Shown here piece by piece: positions 8,733-18,111 of a stretch of DNA of 64,000 nt; the stretch's first letter is position 1; each line of letters opens with the position of its first letter. Made by a program: the position numbers and the translations under genes. A model generated the notes under the pieces. The model searched no databases. It saw only the letters and a list, made by a program, of their open reading frames with translations, and had not been told where the DNA came from. The DNA is from Bacteroidota bacterium. Its GTDB lineage: Bacteria; Bacteroidota; Bacteroidia; UKL13-3. The stretch lies in NCBI GenBank assembly GCA_013298895.1, contig JAAFJM010000002.1:6427-70426 (forward strand), in the 5' to 3' direction.

Positions 8733-11159
8733 TTAGCTACTGCAAGTTACACAACCTTCTTCCATGGTACAAACTTGACCTGTGAAATCGGTTGTAATAT
8801 CATCTATATTATTGCCCGTTGGTACCGTTGAATTAGAAACAGTATTTAAAGTAGGAGCTACTTCAATAACAGGAACTACAGGTTGCATATCATTATTACC
8901 TTGTTTTTCAATGGTGAACTGAACTGCTTGGGTAGCTGCTTGTGAGCGTAAGTAATACATACCAGTTTTTAAACCTTTTTTCCATGCATAAAAGTGCATT
9001 GAAGTAAGCTTAGAACTGCTAGGGCTATCCACAAATAAATTCAACGACTGCGATTGGCAAATATACGCTCCCCTATCGGCAGCCATATCAATTAAATTAC
9101 GTTGTTTAATTTCCCAAACGGTTTTGTATAGTTCTTTGATATTTGCTGGTATTTCAGCAATATTTTGAACTGAACCATTTGCCGCAATTATTTTATTTTT
9201 CATATCATTAGTCCAAAGTCCTAATTGAACTAAATCTTTTAATAAATGCTTATTAACCACTACAAATTCGCCACTTAAAACCCTACGAGTATAAATATTT
9301 GAAGTATATGGTTCAAAACACTCATTATTTCCTAAAATTTGAGAAGTAGAAGCCGTTGGCATTGGTGCTACTAATAATGAATTTCTAACACCATGTTCTA
9401 TTACTTCAGCTCTTAATGCTTCCCAATTCCAGTTTTCGGTAGCATTTATATCCCATAAGTCAAATTGGAATTTTCCTTTTGAAAGCGGAGAACCTTTAAA
9501 TGTTTCGTAAGCACCTTCTTTTTTAGCTAAGTCTTTACTTGCTGTTAAGGAAGCAAAATATATTGTTTCAAAAATATTTTTATTTAACTGTTTTGCCGAA
9601 TCACTTTCGAATGGCATGCGCAATAAAATAAACACATCTGCTAATCCTTGAACCCCTAATCCAATTGGGCGGTGACGCATGTTAGAGTTTCTTGCCTCTT
9701 CAACTGGATAATAATTATAATCAATAATTTTATTTAGGTTTAAAGTAGCTTGGTAAGTTACTTCATATAATTTGTTATGATCAAATTTACCATCAATAAC
9801 AAAACGTGGTAAAGCCAATGAAGCTAAATTACAAACTGCCACTTCATCAGGACTTGTGTATTCCATGATTTCAGTACATAAGTTACTGCTTTTAATGGTA
9901 CCTAAATTTTGTTGATTGCTTTTACGGTTTGCGGCATCCTTGTAAAGCATGTATGGTGTACCGGTTTCGATTTGTGATTCCATAATAGCAAACCATAAAT
10001 CTTGTGCTTTAATAGTTTGACGTGCTTTACCTTGTGCTTCGTAACTAGTATAAAGTGCTTCAAACTCATCTCCCCAACACTCGCTTAAGCCTGGTGCTTC
10101 ATTCGGACAGAAAAGACTCCAATCGCCATTTTCTTCTACACGTTTCATAAATAAATCGCATATCCAAAGTGCGTAGAATAAATCGCGTGCACGCATTTCT
10201 TCCTTACCATGGTTTTTACGTAAATCCAAAAATGCAAAAACATCGGCATGCCAAGGTTCTAAGTAAATTGCAAAAGCACCTTTACGTTTTCCTCCACCTT
10301 GATCTACATAGCGAGCAGTATCGTTGAATACACGCAACATTGGAACAATACCATTGCTAGTTCCATTAGTTCCGCCAATATAACTACCAGTAGCTCTAAT
10401 ATTGTGTATTGCTAAACCAATTCCACCTGCACTTTGCGAAATTTTAGCTGTTTGTTTTAAAGTATCATAAATACCGTCAATGCTATCTTCTTTCATGGTT
10501 AAAAGAAAACAACTACTCATTTGAGGTTTTGGAGTACCTGCATTAAATAATGTAGGAGTAGCATGGGTAAACCAACGCTCACTCATTAAATTATAAGTAG
10601 CAATTACACTATCGATATCTTCCTTGTGAATTCCAAGGGCTACGCGCATATACATATGTTGTGGACGCTCAGCCACTTTTCCATCTACACGGAACAAGTA
10701 TGATTTTTCAATTGTTTTGAACCCAAAATAATCAAAAGCAAAATCCCTATCGTAAATAATAGAACTATCTAATAATTCTGCATTCTTTTGAATTATTTCA
10801 TAAATATCTTCAGCAATTAATGGTGTTCTTTTACATGTACCTTTATCGGTATAGTTATAAAGTTTTTCCATTGTTTCCGAAAATGACTTAATGGTATTTT
10901 TGTGTAAATTACTTACAGCAATTCTACTTGCTAATAAAGCATAATCGGGATGCTTAGTTGTAAGTGAAGCAGCAGTTTCTGCAGCTAAATTATCTAACTC
11001 TGTAGTAGGAACTCCATCGTAAATTCCTTGAACCACTTTTTTAGCCACATCAATTGGATCAATTAATGGACTTAAACTGTAACTAAGCTTTTCAATTCTT
11101 GCCGTTACTTTGTCAAATTTAACGCTTTCTTTTTTGCCGTTTCTTTTAATTACAAACAT
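8733..11159 (-). CDS. nrdA: Ribonucleoside-diphosphate reductase alpha subunit (class Ia), with N-terminal ATP-cone
   Basis: The 808-aa ORF has an N-terminal ATP-cone ([16 protein letters not shown]) and catalytic-core motifs including CNLASLAL and a C-terminal CxxC pair. Confidence 0.92.
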   Translation of the reverse strand: MFVIKRNGKKESVKFDKVTARIEKLSYSLSPLIDPIDVAKKVVQGIYDGVPTTELDNLAAETAASLTTKHPDYALLASRIAVSNLHKNTIKSFSETMEKLYNYTDKGTCKRTPLIAEDIYEIIQKNAELLDSSIIYDRDFAFDYFGFKTIEKSYLFRVDGKVAERPQHMYMRVALGIHKEDIDSVIATYNLMSERWFTHATPTLFNAGTPKPQMSSCFLLTMKEDSIDGIYDTLKQTAKISQSAGGIGLAIHNIRATGSYIGGTNGTSNGIVPMLRVFNDTARYVDQGGGKRKGAFAIYLEPWHADVFAFLDLRKNHGKEEMRARDLFYALWICDLFMKRVEENGDWSLFCPNEAPGLSECWGDEFEALYTSYEAQGKARQTIKAQDLWFAIMESQIETGTPYMLYKDAANRKSNQQNLGTIKSSNLCTEIMEYTSPDEVAVCNLASLALPRFVIDGKFDHNKLYEVTYQATLNLNKIIDYNYYPVEEARNSNMRHRPIGLGVQGLADVFILLRMPFESDSAKQLNKNIFETIYFASLTASKDLAKKEGAYETFKGSPLSKGKFQFDLWDINATENWNWEALRAEVIEHGVRNSLLVAPMPTASTSQILGNNECFEPYTSNIYTRRVLSGEFVVVNKHLLKDLVQLGLWTNDMKNKIIAANGSVQNIAEIPANIKELYKTVWEIKQRNLIDMAADRGAYICQSQSLNLFVDSPSSSKLTSMHFYAWKKGLKTGMYYLRSQAATQAVQFTIEKQGNNDMQPVVPVIEVAPTLNTVSNSTVPTGNNIDDITTDFTGQVCTMEEGCVTCSS

Positions 11160-11168
11160 CTTAATAAT

Positions 11169-11641
11169 TTTGATTTAGGATTTTTGATTTAGGATTTTTC
11201 TGTTTTGATTTATTCATTTTACATGAATATCAATACAGAAATTTTAGACCAAAAATCAATGTTTCTTTTGTTTTACTGTTTTAACTGAAGCTACAAAAAT
11301 GCTTACCAATTCATTCGCTTCTTTTATCAAAGGTTGAGTAATAGTTTTATCTAAAAGGTTTAACTCTTCCAAAATTTCTAACCAATACATGGATTCATCA
11401 GCTTCTTCAATAACAATTTCTAATTTATAAATGAAGTCTGCTGTAGATTTTGCCCTTGAACTAGCTCTGTAATTTGCACCTACAGACCCAGCTGCTCTTA
11501 TTAATTGCTTTGCCAACTCAAAGCCTGCAGCAGTTTTTGGCAAACTATCACATGCTTTAATTACAGCTATATTGAACAATTTAGTTCTTGATTGTAAGGC
11601 TAATTTATTACTAATTTCCAAATCAAAAATCCTAAATCAAA
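11169..11641. other. Cassette bounded by a perfect 22-bp inverted repeat that encloses the four-helix-bundle protein gene
   Basis: Left arm tttgatttaggatttttgattt at 11169-11190 is the exact reverse complement of right arm aaatcaaaaatcctaaatcaaa at 11620-11641. The left arm also lies in a 14-nt tandem duplication (tttttgatttagga x2). Confidence 0.7.
11256..11621 (-). CDS. Four-helix-bundle protein (23S rRNA intervening-sequence protein family)
   Basis: The 121-aa ORF carries a motif pattern (QLIRAAGSVGANYRASSRAKSTADFIYKLEIVIEEADESMYWLEIL) typical of the PF05635/TIGR02436 family. It uses a TTG start in the track and sits between nrdB and nrdA. Confidence 0.65.
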   Translation of the reverse strand: MEISNKLALQSRTKLFNIAVIKACDSLPKTAAGFELAKQLIRAAGSVGANYRASSRAKSTADFIYKLEIVIEEADESMYWLEILEELNLLDKTITQPLIKEANELVSIFVASVKTVKQKKH

Positions 11642-11653
11642 GTTCAATAATTT

Positions 11654-12625
11654 TTAAAAATCTTCTTCTAGTGAAAATGCATGGCCTTCTTTTCCGCCCA
11701 TTACACCAGCTTTTTGGTAATCACCAACTCTTTTTTCAAAGAAGTTAGTTTTACCTTGTAACGATATCATTTCCATAAAATCAAATGGATTTGTAGCGTT
11801 ATATAATTTTGCATATCCTAACTCTGCTAACCATCTGTCAGCCACAAATTCAATGTACTGCTGCATTAGCTTTGCATTCATTCCTATTAAATCAACAGGT
11901 AATGCTTCAGATACAAATTCCTTTTCAATTGCTACCGCATCTCTAATAATGGTATGAACTTCTTCTTGGCTCAATTTATTGCTTAACATACTATACATTA
12001 AACAAGCAAACTCGCAATGCATTCCTTCATCGCGGCTAATTAGTTCATTACTAAATGTTAAACCTGGCATTAAACCACGCTTTTTCATCCAAAATATAGA
12101 ACAAAAACTACCACTAAAAAAGATTCCTTCAACTGCTGCAAAGGCCACCAAACGCTGAGCAAAAGTTCCATTACTAATCCAACGTAAAGCCCATTCTGCT
12201 TTCTTTTTAACAGCAGGAACTGTATCTATGGCATGAAATAATCTATCCTTTTCTTTTGGATCTTTAATATAAGTATCAATCAACAATGCATATGTTTCAC
12301 TATGGATATTTTCCATCATAATTTGGAAACCATAGTAACATCTAGCCTCAGGCAATTGAACCTCGCTCATGAAGTTAACAGCTAAATTTTCGTTAACTAT
12401 ACCATCACTTGCTGCAAAAAATGCCAGAATATGAGAAATAAAATGACGTTCTCCATCATTTAATTTTGCCCAATCCTTTAAATCGTCACTCAAATCAATT
12501 TCCTCAGCAGTCCAAAAGCTAGCTTCATGTTTTTTATACATTTCCCATACTTTTGGATAATTAATGGGTAGAATAACAAATCTGTCTTTGTTTTCCCTCA
12601 ATAATAACTCGTCTTGATTTTGCAT
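11654..12625 (-). CDS. nrdB: Ribonucleoside-diphosphate reductase beta subunit
   Basis: The 323-aa ORF has di-iron ligand motifs (EXXH-type helices) and the conserved C-terminal tail ...FSLEEDF. Confidence 0.92.
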   Translation of the reverse strand: MQNQDELLLRENKDRFVILPINYPKVWEMYKKHEASFWTAEEIDLSDDLKDWAKLNDGERHFISHILAFFAASDGIVNENLAVNFMSEVQLPEARCYYGFQIMMENIHSETYALLIDTYIKDPKEKDRLFHAIDTVPAVKKKAEWALRWISNGTFAQRLVAFAAVEGIFFSGSFCSIFWMKKRGLMPGLTFSNELISRDEGMHCEFACLMYSMLSNKLSQEEVHTIIRDAVAIEKEFVSEALPVDLIGMNAKLMQQYIEFVADRWLAELGYAKLYNATNPFDFMEMISLQGKTNFFEKRVGDYQKAGVMGGKEGHAFSLEEDF

Positions 12626-12932
12626 TTTTTGTTTTTTTTCTAAAATTAACCGTTAATAAATTAAAGTAAGTTTAGCATTCAAATCATAAATACATTTCAT
12701 TGAATGTGATTTAAATTTATTTTGAATATTTAGCTTCCTACAATAATACATTGCATGGGTTAAGTATGTTTCAAAAAGTTAATCACAGGATTGTTAATAT
12801 CACTCGAAACACCAGTCTTTTCAGTGCTTGCAAGCATCAGTAATTTTAGTTTTCAACAAGTAATCAAGGCGTTTATTTTGTACTTGTTTTTGTAAAAAAA
12901 AATGTACCCATCAATGAAATAGGCACCTAACA

Positions 12933-12968
12933 AAAAAGGAACTTTTCTTTTGAAAAAGTTCCTTTTTT
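12933..12968 (-). terminator. Strong rho-independent terminator downstream of the phosphate transporter gene
   Basis: AAAAAGGAACTTTT-ctttt-GAAAAGTTCCTTTTTT is a perfect 13-bp stem with U-tracts on both sides. Confidence 0.75.
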
Positions 12969-13011
12969 GAATAAAATTATTTTTAAGTATGAAAAGTAAA
13001 GAAATTGTTTT

Positions 13012-14412
13012 TTAACCTGCCATTGCCCTGAATAATAAAAATAATAATCCTGAAAGTAATATTGTTACAGGTAAGGTTAATACCCATGCAATGGCAATAT
13101 TTTTAATTGTTCCAGCTTGCAAATTCTTAATACCTTTACTAGCTACCATACTACCAGCAATACCCGATGATAAAACTTGAGTGGTACTTACTGGCAAACC
13201 AAATGCTGTTGCTAAACCAATTGTTCCAGCCGCAACTAATTCACTTGAAGCTCCTTGAGCATAATTCAAATGTTGTTTTCCAATTTTTTCACCAATTGTC
13301 TTTACAATTCGTTTCCAACCCACCATAGTTCCTAATCCAAGTGATATAGAAATCATAAATATAACCCATGTTGGTGAATATTCTGTAATTGTTTTAACGC
13401 CCCCAATTGATGCTTTCAAGCCATTTTTATCCTCTTCGCTCAATGCAATTGTTTTACTGTATTTAATTTTATCAATATCTTTTGCCAACCTTGTAACGTT
13501 CGTTCTTACCTCAAATTTTTCTTGAGTAGTTAAACTATCGAATGACTTGGAGTTTAAAATAAACATTACTTTATGAGTGATAACTTGCACTTTAGCAATT
13601 TCTAAACTATCCTCTTTTGAAAGTTTTTCAACTATTGTTTTATCTAAAATACTATTAATAGCTATTATTTCATATTTAACTTTTGGTAAATCAACTTTGG
13701 CATTAATGGCAAAATATCCAGGAACAATAGCTATTAAAATTAACATTACCAATCCAACCCCTTTTTGTCCATCATTACTTCCGTGACTGTAACTAACACC
13801 GGTGCAAGTCAATAACAAAATCATTCTAATCCAAAATGGTGGTGGATCATTTGTTTTTGGTGCTCTAAAAATTGTTTTATTTTTTACAAATATTCTTAAC
13901 ACATACATTAGAAAGATCGATAAACTAAATCCTATAAGTGGTGAAATTAATAAACTCAAGCCAATATCTGAAGCTTTGTGCCAATTAACGTAAGTACCAC
14001 TTTTTTCTGCAATAAATGAATAAGCTAAACCAACACCTAATATACTTCCAACTAAAGTATGTGAACTTGAACATGGAATACCAAAATACCAAGTTCCTAA
14101 ATTCCATATAATTGCTGTTAAAAGTAAGGACATAATTAAAGCTATACTATGGTAAATATTTTGGTCAGCAAGCATTTCACTTGGTATTAAATAGCTAATT
14201 CCCATAGCCACCGTAATACCACCAGCAAACACACCAACACTATTCCATATTCCACTCCAAATTACAGCTACCCATGGCTTTAATGAATTGGTATAAATAA
14301 CTGTAGCAACAGCATTAGCAGTATCGTGAAAACCATTAATAAATTCGAAAGCGCAGGCTGCAAATAAGCAAGCAATTAAAAGAAAAGTTAAGGTTGGGTC
14401 TAATCCAAACAT
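13012..14412 (-). CDS. pitA: Inorganic phosphate transporter, PiT family
   Basis: Carries the PiT signature GSNDGQKG twice over (N- and C-terminal halves, with GANDVANA-like motifs) and a large central hydrophilic loop. The track ORF starts at 14484, but the PiT-typical N-terminus (MFGLDPTLTFLLIA...FINGFHD) begins at 14412. Confidence 0.8.
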   Translation of the reverse strand: MFGLDPTLTFLLIACLFAACAFEFINGFHDTANAVATVIYTNSLKPWVAVIWSGIWNSVGVFAGGITVAMGISYLIPSEMLADQNIYHSIALIMSLLLTAIIWNLGTWYFGIPCSSSHTLVGSILGVGLAYSFIAEKSGTYVNWHKASDIGLSLLISPLIGFSLSIFLMYVLRIFVKNKTIFRAPKTNDPPPFWIRMILLLTCTGVSYSHGSNDGQKGVGLVMLILIAIVPGYFAINAKVDLPKVKYEIIAINSILDKTIVEKLSKEDSLEIAKVQVITHKVMFILNSKSFDSLTTQEKFEVRTNVTRLAKDIDKIKYSKTIALSEEDKNGLKASIGGVKTITEYSPTWVIFMISISLGLGTMVGWKRIVKTIGEKIGKQHLNYAQGASSELVAAGTIGLATAFGLPVSTTQVLSSGIAGSMVASKGIKNLQAGTIKNIAIAWVLTLPVTILLSGLLFLLFRAMAG

Positions 14413-14447
14413 ATTATGTGGTATAATTTTGGGCGAAAGTAAATTTT

Positions 14448-14465
14448 CATTGCAATATTGCAATG
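14448..14465. promoter_or_regulatory. Perfect 18-bp palindrome CATTGCAATATTGCAATG in the divergent pitA/porQ control region
   Basis: Read directly. It lies about 36 bp upstream of the likely pitA start, or inside the N-terminal extension if the 14484 start is real. Confidence 0.4.
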
Positions 14466-14638
14466 TTAAGTAATTGTAAAGCAAATTTAATTTTTTTAAT
14501 TAATAATACCTGATTATAAATTTAGGATTTTATGATAGCAATACTATTTTTGAGGCATAATCGTTAATCAATTTGCTTAAAATAAATAACAATTAATCTT
14601 GGTTTTTTATTGCTATTTATCATAACAACAAAAATTAA

Positions 14639-15679
14639 ATGAAAAGTATAGTAGTAGTATTTATTTTTATTTCAACCACGTTAAAAGCCCAATTAGGTGG
14701 AATGACTCCTTATGGATTTTTAAATAATTATTCAAATGCAAGGATAGCAGCCTTGGGCGGAAGTGCAATTGCTACACACGATAACGATGCTAGCTTAGTA
14801 ATAAACAATCCATCACTTTTAACTGCCAATATGGATAAACAGCTTAGTTTAAATTACCAAAATTATTTGGCAAATATTGGCACAGGATATTTTGGTTATG
14901 CCTTCAATACCAAGAGTGCAGGTCCATTAATGCTAGGCGTTCAATATATTAATTACGGATCTTTTGATAAAAAAGATATTGATAATACCAATTTAGGAAG
15001 TTTTGCTGCCAATGATTTTGCCATTCATTTATCAACTTCACGCATTATTAAAAAATGGAATATTGGCGCTACTGCTAAATTTGTTTATTCTGTTATCGAA
15101 TCATACACAAGCACAGGCATGGCAGCCGACATAGCAGCAAGTTATAAAAGTGAAGATAGTCTTTCTGTTTTTACAGCTGTAATTAACAATTTAGGATATG
15201 AAATTTCAACATATACCGGAACAGAAAGACAACAGTACCCAATGAATTTACAAATTGGTTACAGCAAAAAATTTGCTCATAATCCATTACGTATATCAAT
15301 AATAGCACACGATTTACAAAAAATAGGTGGGTTACTTTATCAGAATAGCACAAAAAATAATAGGAACATTGATTTGTCAACCGGACTACCAATTGAAGAG
15401 GATTTTACTTCCATAAATTATTTAATGAGTCACCTAATTATTAATACAGAACTAGTATTTGGGCAAGGATTCCAATTAAGATTTGGTTATAATGATTTAC
15501 GTAGACGAGAATTGGCATTGCCCGATGCGCGTTCGTGGGCTGGTTTTAGTTGGGGTTTTGGTTTGAAAGTTCGTAAGTTTAGATTTTCATATGGCTCATC
15601 ATCTATTTATTCAGGAAATGCAACAAATCATTTCTCAATAATTACTAACTTGCAAGAGTTTTATAAAAAGAAAAATTAA
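14639..15679 (+). CDS. porQ: Type IX secretion system protein PorQ (outer-membrane beta-barrel)
   Basis: The 346-aa ORF has a signal peptide. Its N-terminal motif (GFLNNYSNARIAALGGSAIATHDNDASLVINNPSLL) matches the PorQ family. The stop overlaps the cmk start (TAATG), matching the porQ-cmk adjacency known in Porphyromonas. Confidence 0.7.
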   Translation: MKSIVVVFIFISTTLKAQLGGMTPYGFLNNYSNARIAALGGSAIATHDNDASLVINNPSLLTANMDKQLSLNYQNYLANIGTGYFGYAFNTKSAGPLMLGVQYINYGSFDKKDIDNTNLGSFAANDFAIHLSTSRIIKKWNIGATAKFVYSVIESYTSTGMAADIAASYKSEDSLSVFTAVINNLGYEISTYTGTERQQYPMNLQIGYSKKFAHNPLRISIIAHDLQKIGGLLYQNSTKNNRNIDLSTGLPIEEDFTSINYLMSHLIINTELVFGQGFQLRFGYNDLRRRELALPDARSWAGFSWGFGLKVRKFRFSYGSSSIYSGNATNHFSIITNLQEFYKKKN

Positions 15680-16368
15680 TGAAAGCTATTGTTATTGCTA
15701 TAGATGGTTATTCTTCATGTGGTAAAAGTACCATTGCCAAAGAATTATCAAAAATACTGGCTTATAAATATGTAGATACTGGCGCTATGTACAGAGCTGT
15801 TACTTTGTATTTTATTCAAAATCATATTGATTTCAATAATATTCAAGATGTAATTAACGCACTAGAAAAAATTAATATCACATTTAAAATAGATGAGCAA
15901 ACTCAAATTCAAGAGACATTTTTGAATGGTGAAAATATTGAAAATGAAATTAGGGTAAATCCACGTGTAGCGGGTTTTGTAAGCAATGTAAGTTCAATAA
16001 GTGAGGTAAGACGCTTTTTGGTAAAACAACAACAGGAACTTGGAAAGCTAAGAGGTATAATTATGGATGGACGCGATATTGGAACAGTTGTTTTCCCTGA
16101 TGCAGAATTAAAGTTATTCATTACAGCCGATCCTAATGTAAGAGCCCAAAGAAGATTTGACGAGTTAAAAGCTAAAGGAAATACTACCACATTTGAAGAA
16201 GTATTAGCTAATTTAACCAAACGCGATTACATTGATTCCAACAGAGATGACTCTCCACTTATGAAAGCAGATGATGCCATTGAAATTGACAATAGCAATA
16301 TCAATCAAAAAGAGCAGTTAGAATTAATTTTAAAGTTGGTAAACGAAAAGATTGGATTGAAAGCTTAG
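15679..16368 (+). CDS. cmk: Cytidylate kinase
   Basis: Carries the P-loop IAIDGYSSCGKST and the CMP-binding motifs; 229 aa. Confidence 0.9.
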   Translation: MKAIVIAIDGYSSCGKSTIAKELSKILAYKYVDTGAMYRAVTLYFIQNHIDFNNIQDVINALEKINITFKIDEQTQIQETFLNGENIENEIRVNPRVAGFVSNVSSISEVRRFLVKQQQELGKLRGIIMDGRDIGTVVFPDAELKLFITADPNVRAQRRFDELKAKGNTTTFEEVLANLTKRDYIDSNRDDSPLMKADDAIEIDNSNINQKEQLELILKLVNEKIGLKA

Positions 16369-17331
16369 CTAAAGATACTTTTTAGTAAAATTATATGCAG
16401 CATGTTCAGAGTAGTATTGCCCATTAATACTACTCAACGCAAACCCAACATGGCCTCCTTTTTCTGGTGTTTCTAAATAAAAATGTTTACTGTTTTTTGC
16501 AATATTAAAAGGAAAACAGCTAGGTGCCAAAAATGGGTCGTTAAGGGCATTAACTAATAAAGTAGGAATGTTTATTTTATTTATAAATTGCAATGAACTG
16601 CATTGATGGTAATAATCATCTGCATTTTCAAAACCATGAATTTTTGCCGTAAATCTTGTGTCCCACTCCTTAAAATTATTAATTTTATATAAATCGGTTA
16701 AATCAATTTGATCGGGAAATTGATTTGCTTTTTGAACTAATTTTTTGTTCAATGATTTGAGGAAACGAACCATATAAGGTTTATTCCAATTTTTACTTAA
16801 AACTTTTGAACTTGCCGCTAAATCAACTGGAACTGAGAATGCGAATGCAGTTTTGATCAGAGGGTTAATTTTTTCGGCTTGCTCTCCTAAATATTTGAGC
16901 AATACATTTCCTCCTAAACTAAAACCTCCTAATATTATTTTGGAATAATTTTTATTGATTATTATATGGTTGATAATATATTCAACATCATCACTTTTCC
17001 CACTATGGTAACTTGTTAAAAGCCTATTATTTTCTCCACTACAACTTCTAAAATTTACAGCACAAATATCAAAACCTTGATTAGAAAAATACTTAGAAAA
17101 CCCTTTGATGTATTGTGAATTTGAACTACCCTCAAGCCCATGAAACAAGATTAGTAAATTCTTACTATTATTCATAACATAGTCCAAATCCATAAAGTCA
17201 CCATCAGACAATTCAACTCTCTCTCGTTCATACGCAATATCAATTTTACGAAAAAGAGCAGGAATAATGGTTTCCAAATGTTTATTTTTATTCCATTTAT
17301 TTCCTTTAAAATTACTTGATATAATTGGCAT
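16369..17331 (-). CDS. Alpha/beta-fold hydrolase (YheT/abhydrolase-like)
   Basis: The 320-aa ORF has the GFSLGGN nucleophile elbow and the catalytic Asp/His region near the C-terminus. Confidence 0.7.
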   Translation of the reverse strand: MPIISSNFKGNKWNKNKHLETIIPALFRKIDIAYERERVELSDGDFMDLDYVMNNSKNLLILFHGLEGSSNSQYIKGFSKYFSNQGFDICAVNFRSCSGENNRLLTSYHSGKSDDVEYIINHIIINKNYSKIILGGFSLGGNVLLKYLGEQAEKINPLIKTAFAFSVPVDLAASSKVLSKNWNKPYMVRFLKSLNKKLVQKANQFPDQIDLTDLYKINNFKEWDTRFTAKIHGFENADDYYHQCSSLQFINKINIPTLLVNALNDPFLAPSCFPFNIAKNSKHFYLETPEKGGHVGFALSSINGQYYSEHAAYNFTKKYL

Positions 17332-17396
17332 TTTCCTGATTATTAGTTAAACCGACTTTATATTTCACATTTTAAAACTATAAAGTTATTATTGTA

Positions 17397-18083
17397 ATGC
17401 AAATGAAAACTATTTATACAACACTATTCGCATTAATTTTAACCATTAATGTTGTAGCTCAAAAAGATTATCATAAGTATTCTTTATACTTTAATGCAGG
17501 ATTACCTATTCAAACTAATTTCGACTTTAAGCCTACAATTGGCTCACTAGGTGAAGTGGGTTTAAAAGTAAAATTAATTAAGGGATTATCTTTATCGGCC
17601 GAGGCAAGTTCTGTTTTTTTCAAAAAGGAAATTAACTTCAATTATATAGTGGCTAATTATTTTACTCAAATAAATGCAGGAGGATTATTGTTAATGTATG
17701 AATTTAAACTTCAATCAAATTTTTTTTTGGGAATTGGTGCTGGCTATAATATGGGTTTATTTTCAGGAAGAGTTTTTAGTCCATACGAAGCAATTTATTA
17801 TGAACAAACCGGAACTTTAAATAGAAAAATTACAGGTACAGTTTCAACCATAAAAGGCGTTTTTAATATACGTAAATCTTTAAATAAATACCTTGATTGG
17901 CAACTTGGTTTAAGTTATGGGCATACCGATACCGAATTATTGGATATGTATAATAGTTTAAAAAACAAGAAAGCAGATACCTATTATATGGGTTACTTGG
18001 GTTTGGTTATTAACTTAGATGCGATTAAATTTAAAGGAATGGGCAAAAAAGTTTCTCGTAGATTAGGATGTCCTAATTTTTAA
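17397..18083 (+). CDS. Small outer-membrane beta-barrel-like hypothetical protein
   Basis: The 228-aa ORF has a signal peptide and alternating hydrophobic beta-strand pattern. A T8-T9 run lies inside the CDS near 17719-17729. Confidence 0.5.
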   Translation: MQMKTIYTTLFALILTINVVAQKDYHKYSLYFNAGLPIQTNFDFKPTIGSLGEVGLKVKLIKGLSLSAEASSVFFKKEINFNYIVANYFTQINAGGLLLMYEFKLQSNFFLGIGAGYNMGLFSGRVFSPYEAIYYEQTGTLNRKITGTVSTIKGVFNIRKSLNKYLDWQLGLSYGHTDTELLDMYNSLKNKKADTYYMGYLGLVINLDAIKFKGMGKKVSRRLGCPNF

Positions 18084-18111
18084 TTTTTAAATCGTAACTC
18101 AAATATTTTAC

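Noticed and set aside
13577-13993. Plus-strand ORFs inside the PiT transporter gene
   Set aside because: They are antisense to a CDS with duplicated PiT signature motifs.
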